From the IMG/VR virus record IMGVR_UViG_3300022562_001240: a stretch of DNA of 56,310 nucleotides. One strand, written 5' to 3'. The stretch's first letter is position 1, and every line of letters starts with the position of its first letter. Shown here in pieces: positions 53,706-56,310 of the stretch. The notes below the pieces were generated by a model that saw only the letters and a program-made list of their open reading frames with translations, made no database searches and had not been told where the DNA came from. Source of the DNA: a virus. The translations under genes and the position numbers were made by a program.

Positions 53706-54109
53706 CTCATAAACTCCATTGGGTCTGGCGAGTTGTCTCGCACCAAGTCTTCTGTTGTTCTGTAGCTGTCCTCATCAAAATGCTGTGTCGAAAACTCCAA
53801 GATCATTGTGTCTTCAGCGGCGTGCATCTGATGTCTGGTGCCGGGCGTCACATGAAATGCGTGACCGGCGTTCATCTCAACCGAGTTGACCCAGTTGAGA
53901 TCTTCTGGTTCTGCCCATGTCATCCAGATTCGACCAGACTCAATGAAAAGAACTTCGTCCTTGATTTCGTGGTGATGATAGGAGCAATACTTGCCCTGTC
54001 GAATGAACAGCTTCTTGCCGCAATACTTCTCGTTGTTACAAATCCAGACCTCGTAGCCCCATCGTTTGGGGACGTACACCATGTCTGTCGGTTGGATCAG
54101 TTCACTCAA
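53702..54109 (-). CDS. cupin-domain protein (possible sugar isomerase / epimerase)
   Basis: GYEVWICNNEKYCGKKLFIRQGKYCSYHHHEIKDEVLFIESG...HVTPGTRHQMHA carries two cupin His motifs. Confidence 0.5.
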   Translation of the reverse strand: MSELIQPTDMVYVPKRWGYEVWICNNEKYCGKKLFIRQGKYCSYHHHEIKDEVLFIESGRIWMTWAEPEDLNWVNSVEMNAGHAFHVTPGTRHQMHAAEDTMILEFSTQHFDEDSYRTTEDLVRDNSPDPMEFMR

Positions 54110-54117
54110 ACTTCCTC

Positions 54118-54324
54118 CTAAAAACCGTCTTGTTTCCAGTTTGTAAATTCTTCTTCGATGGGGACGTTCAGTTCTTCAACCCACTCACCATTTGGCATCT
54201 CGAAATAGTACCTTTGCCCCATCGACTTCTCGATGCTGATGCCACGCTCAGACAAGTACATAATGTCCCATGCTGTTGCGTTGTCAGGAGTCAGGGTTCT
54301 TTTGTTCGTCGTTGCAAATATCAT
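54118..54324 (-). CDS. hypothetical protein (68 aa)
   Basis: ORF on the dominant strand. Confidence 0.3.
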   Translation of the reverse strand: MIFATTNKRTLTPDNATAWDIMYLSERGISIEKSMGQRYYFEMPNGEWVEELNVPIEEEFTNWKQDGF

Positions 54325-54923
54325 TCAGGCTGTGCTTCCGGTACAACCAGTTTGCCGTCCTTCCACACATCGCCGTTTTCACGAATCTTCTCGTTCTCGT
54401 AGAGGCTCGTATTCCGACGATACTCTTCGATAAGAACGTGCTGAATGACACCACGAGCAATCAGATGGCGACGAAATGCCATCGTCATGTCACGTTGGTT
54501 GCCGACATTGACCGACTCAATTGAACTGTAGATCTTCTGCAAGATCCCAGTCAGGTAGGCTCTCATGCCGTACCGTGCATTGTCCACCCCTTGGGCTGCG
54601 CCCAAGAAACCCCAATACACAGATGAGATGGCATAGTTGAGATCGCCTGCTGATTCCAGCGGGTCACTTCGGTTCAACAGTGCTCCGATATGGTCCGCAC
54701 CACTTTGCAGGGTCCGCTTGTTGGCTTCGTTGAAGAACAGCGAATTGAAAGTGGTTTCGGCTGATACTGGATCATTAAGATAGTGTCGGACCAACCGATT
54801 GACGAAGTATCCGAAATACTCCCCACGAACATAAGGAGACTCGTTGCCTGCGGTCAGAACCGACAGGACTTGTTGAATGTGCGGCTTGAACTTGGACCGC
54901 TCGTCTAGCTTGATATAAGGCAT
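54321..54923 (-). CDS. hypothetical protein (200 aa)
   Basis: ORF on the dominant strand. Confidence 0.4.
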   Translation of the reverse strand: MPYIKLDERSKFKPHIQQVLSVLTAGNESPYVRGEYFGYFVNRLVRHYLNDPVSAETTFNSLFFNEANKRTLQSGADHIGALLNRSDPLESAGDLNYAISSVYWGFLGAAQGVDNARYGMRAYLTGILQKIYSSIESVNVGNQRDMTMAFRRHLIARGVIQHVLIEEYRRNTSLYENEKIRENGDVWKDGKLVVPEAQPE

Positions 54924-55591
54924 GGTTTCTCCTGAGTTCCCTTTTCGGGAAATTTGAATACGAACTTTTCGACGAACGGAACGAGTTGAGTGTCTACAAT
55001 CTCATACAACTCTTCCTTCGTGCCATCATTGCGAATGAAGATGTCGAACATGTGGAAGTTTTCCGGCCATCCGGTCACTCCATCGACAGCGAGGGCATCA
55101 GCAACCACCGTCATCTTGTCTGGGAAGTTATCCAATGCCCAAACACAGTACGGTTTGATGAGAGCTTCTGATCCGTTGGGATCGTCACTGAGTTTGTCTG
55201 GCCGACCAACGAGGATGTTTAAGCCGCCCTCGTGATGGACTCTGGCAAACTCATTGGGATACCGAACATCCGAAATGATCTTCGGGATAGAATCACGAAA
55301 CGCCAGATCGAGCCAGATGGTGCTCTTGATCTGGCGAAACCCATCGCCGATGAACTGGAGAGATTTCCGAACGGACATATCGAAACCGGGTGGAGCCTCA
55401 TCCTTGACTTTCCACTTCTCCACGAAAGCCCGATCCACCCCAAACGTGTCTTCATAGACCTTCTTGACATTGGAAGCAAAGGCCGCACGTTCCCATTCGG
55501 CCCCTCGTTCCTTCAGTTGCTCTTGTAGGCGATCAGCGAGGGTATCCTTACCCATCTGTGCCTGTGCTGCGACTCCAATCACAAATGCCAT
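54905..55591 (-). CDS. P-loop kinase, possibly a deoxynucleoside-monophosphate kinase (T4 gp1-like)
   Basis: Start placed at the ATG at 55591 (MAFVIGVAAQAQMGKDTLADRL = P-loop G-x4-GKD-T), which has a GGAGGA ribosome-binding site. Similar in length and start to T4 dNMP kinase. Confidence 0.45.
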   Translation of the reverse strand: MAFVIGVAAQAQMGKDTLADRLQEQLKERGAEWERAAFASNVKKVYEDTFGVDRAFVEKWKVKDEAPPGFDMSVRKSLQFIGDGFRQIKSTIWLDLAFRDSIPKIISDVRYPNEFARVHHEGGLNILVGRPDKLSDDPNGSEALIKPYCVWALDNFPDKMTVVADALAVDGVTGWPENFHMFDIFIRNDGTKEELYEIVDTQLVPFVEKFVFKFPEKGTQEKPCLISS

Positions 55592-55713
55592 GTTTGATCC
55601 TCCATGATCTTTAGCCTGACAAAACAGCCAACACAACAACGATAGAAAACCAGATGGCAATCATGCGTAAGATTCCCATGATTACCATCCTTTTCGTGAT
55701 GTTGAGGTTCTCG

Positions 55714-56016
55714 TTACTCATTGAGAACTTGATCGACCTTTCCTTGGATAACGTCCTTGGACTGCAAGCCCGTCGCTTCCCAGACAGAAGCTCCGTCCTT
55801 CAACAAAACAAGCTTCGGGATAGATGAAACACCGTGTTGGACGGCCAACTGTTGATTTTCATCGACGTTGACCTTCACGACCTTGACGTTTTCCAGTTGT
55901 TCAAGAACTGGTCCCAGCATCCGACACGGGCCGCACCATGGAGCCCAGAAGTCCACGAGGACAAGTCCGGTTGAAGTTTCTTCAGTGAATGTTTTTTCAT
56001 TGACATCGAGTGCCAT
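55714..56016 (-). CDS. trxA: thioredoxin
   Basis: LVDFWAPWCGPCRMLGP is the WCGPC active site; 100 aa. Confidence 0.85.
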   Translation of the reverse strand: MALDVNEKTFTEETSTGLVLVDFWAPWCGPCRMLGPVLEQLENVKVVKVNVDENQQLAVQHGVSSIPKLVLLKDGASVWEATGLQSKDVIQGKVDQVLNE

Positions 56017-56042
56017 TTTGGCCTCCTTGTTGTGTTAATAGT

Positions 56043-56142
56043 TTAAGGTAACATAACAAAAGAGTGTGGCGAGGGCAATAGTGAAGTGGCCTTTCGGCAT
56101 TATAGTATCGGCCCAACACCACTCTTTTATCTTAAGGTAACA
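56043..56142 (+). promoter_or_regulatory. two direct copies of TTAAGGTAACA in a divergent intergenic region
   Basis: Copies at 56043-56053 and 56132-56142, upstream of the ATG at 56158. An imperfect inverted repeat AAAAGAGTGTGG / CCACTCTTTT lies between them. Confidence 0.3.
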
Positions 56143-56157
56143 GAGGGTAAAAATCAA

Positions 56158-56310
56158 ATGTTTAAGAAGAAACGCCAACCGGTCGAACGTATCTGTAAAA
56201 ACTGCAAGCTGTTCAACGCTCAGGCAGGCCATTGTCAGATTGTCGTTCTTTATGAAGGCCGCAGAACTCACGTCCCGATGGACCCCGAGGACGAGTGCTT
56301 GTACGAAGAG
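56158..56310 (+). CDS. hypothetical protein, partial (the 3' end runs off the window); contains CxxC
   Basis: ATG at 56158 with GAGGGT 9 nt upstream. MFKKKRQPVERICKNCKLFNAQAGHCQIVVLYEGRRTH.... Confidence 0.3.
   Translation, partial: MFKKKRQPVERICKNCKLFNAQAGHCQIVVLYEGRRTHVPMDPEDECLYEE

Noticed and set aside
1-56310. CRISPR arrays, rRNA genes, and integrase, transposase or att-site signatures
   Set aside because: No spaced direct-repeat arrays, no rRNA-like conserved blocks, and no tyrosine or serine recombinase motifs were seen in any ORF.
1-56310. Reading the window as an ordinary bacterial chromosomal segment
   Set aside because: Several features fit a virus or virus-like element better: extreme strand bias with 1-4 nt gene overlaps; duplicated deaminases; thyA, folA and a dNMP-kinase-like gene; MazG; a split dnaE; the S21/PDF/IF-3 set; and a high fraction of tiny ORFs of unknown function. 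This remains an inference, since no structural genes are present in the window.

Overview
The 56.3 kb window is densely coded (roughly 90 ORFs, about 80% on the minus strand, short or overlapping gene junctions) and reads like a non-structural region of a large dsDNA phage or phage-like element rather than a bacterial chromosome. Three things support this: a cluster of phage-style nucleotide-metabolism genes (thyA, folA, two CMP/dCMP deaminases, a dNMP-kinase-like gene, MazG, thioredoxin); a DnaE-type replicative polymerase split into two ORFs 8.7 kb apart; and many small genes of unknown function. No capsid, portal, terminase or tail genes were recognised. Four content classes stand out. (1) Translation-related genes: IF-3, ribosomal protein bS21, peptide deformylase and a tmRNA-like RNA gene. 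(2) A complete PrkA / YhbH(YeaH) / SpoVR triad. (3) A sugar-nucleotide and glycosylation toolkit: bifunctional HldE, three GT9-like glycosyltransferase paralogs, a GlpX-type bisphosphatase, an NAD-dependent epimerase, a cupin protein, two FkbM and one TylF methyltransferase, and a TPP-dependent 2-keto-acid decarboxylase. (4) A dispersed family of at least 8 small proteins that share an N-terminal M-x-F-K-x-W-L-x-x-E motif, plus a ClpP-like serine protease. Every call rests on motif and pattern recognition in the supplied translations and on manual reading of the DNA; no database searches were run.
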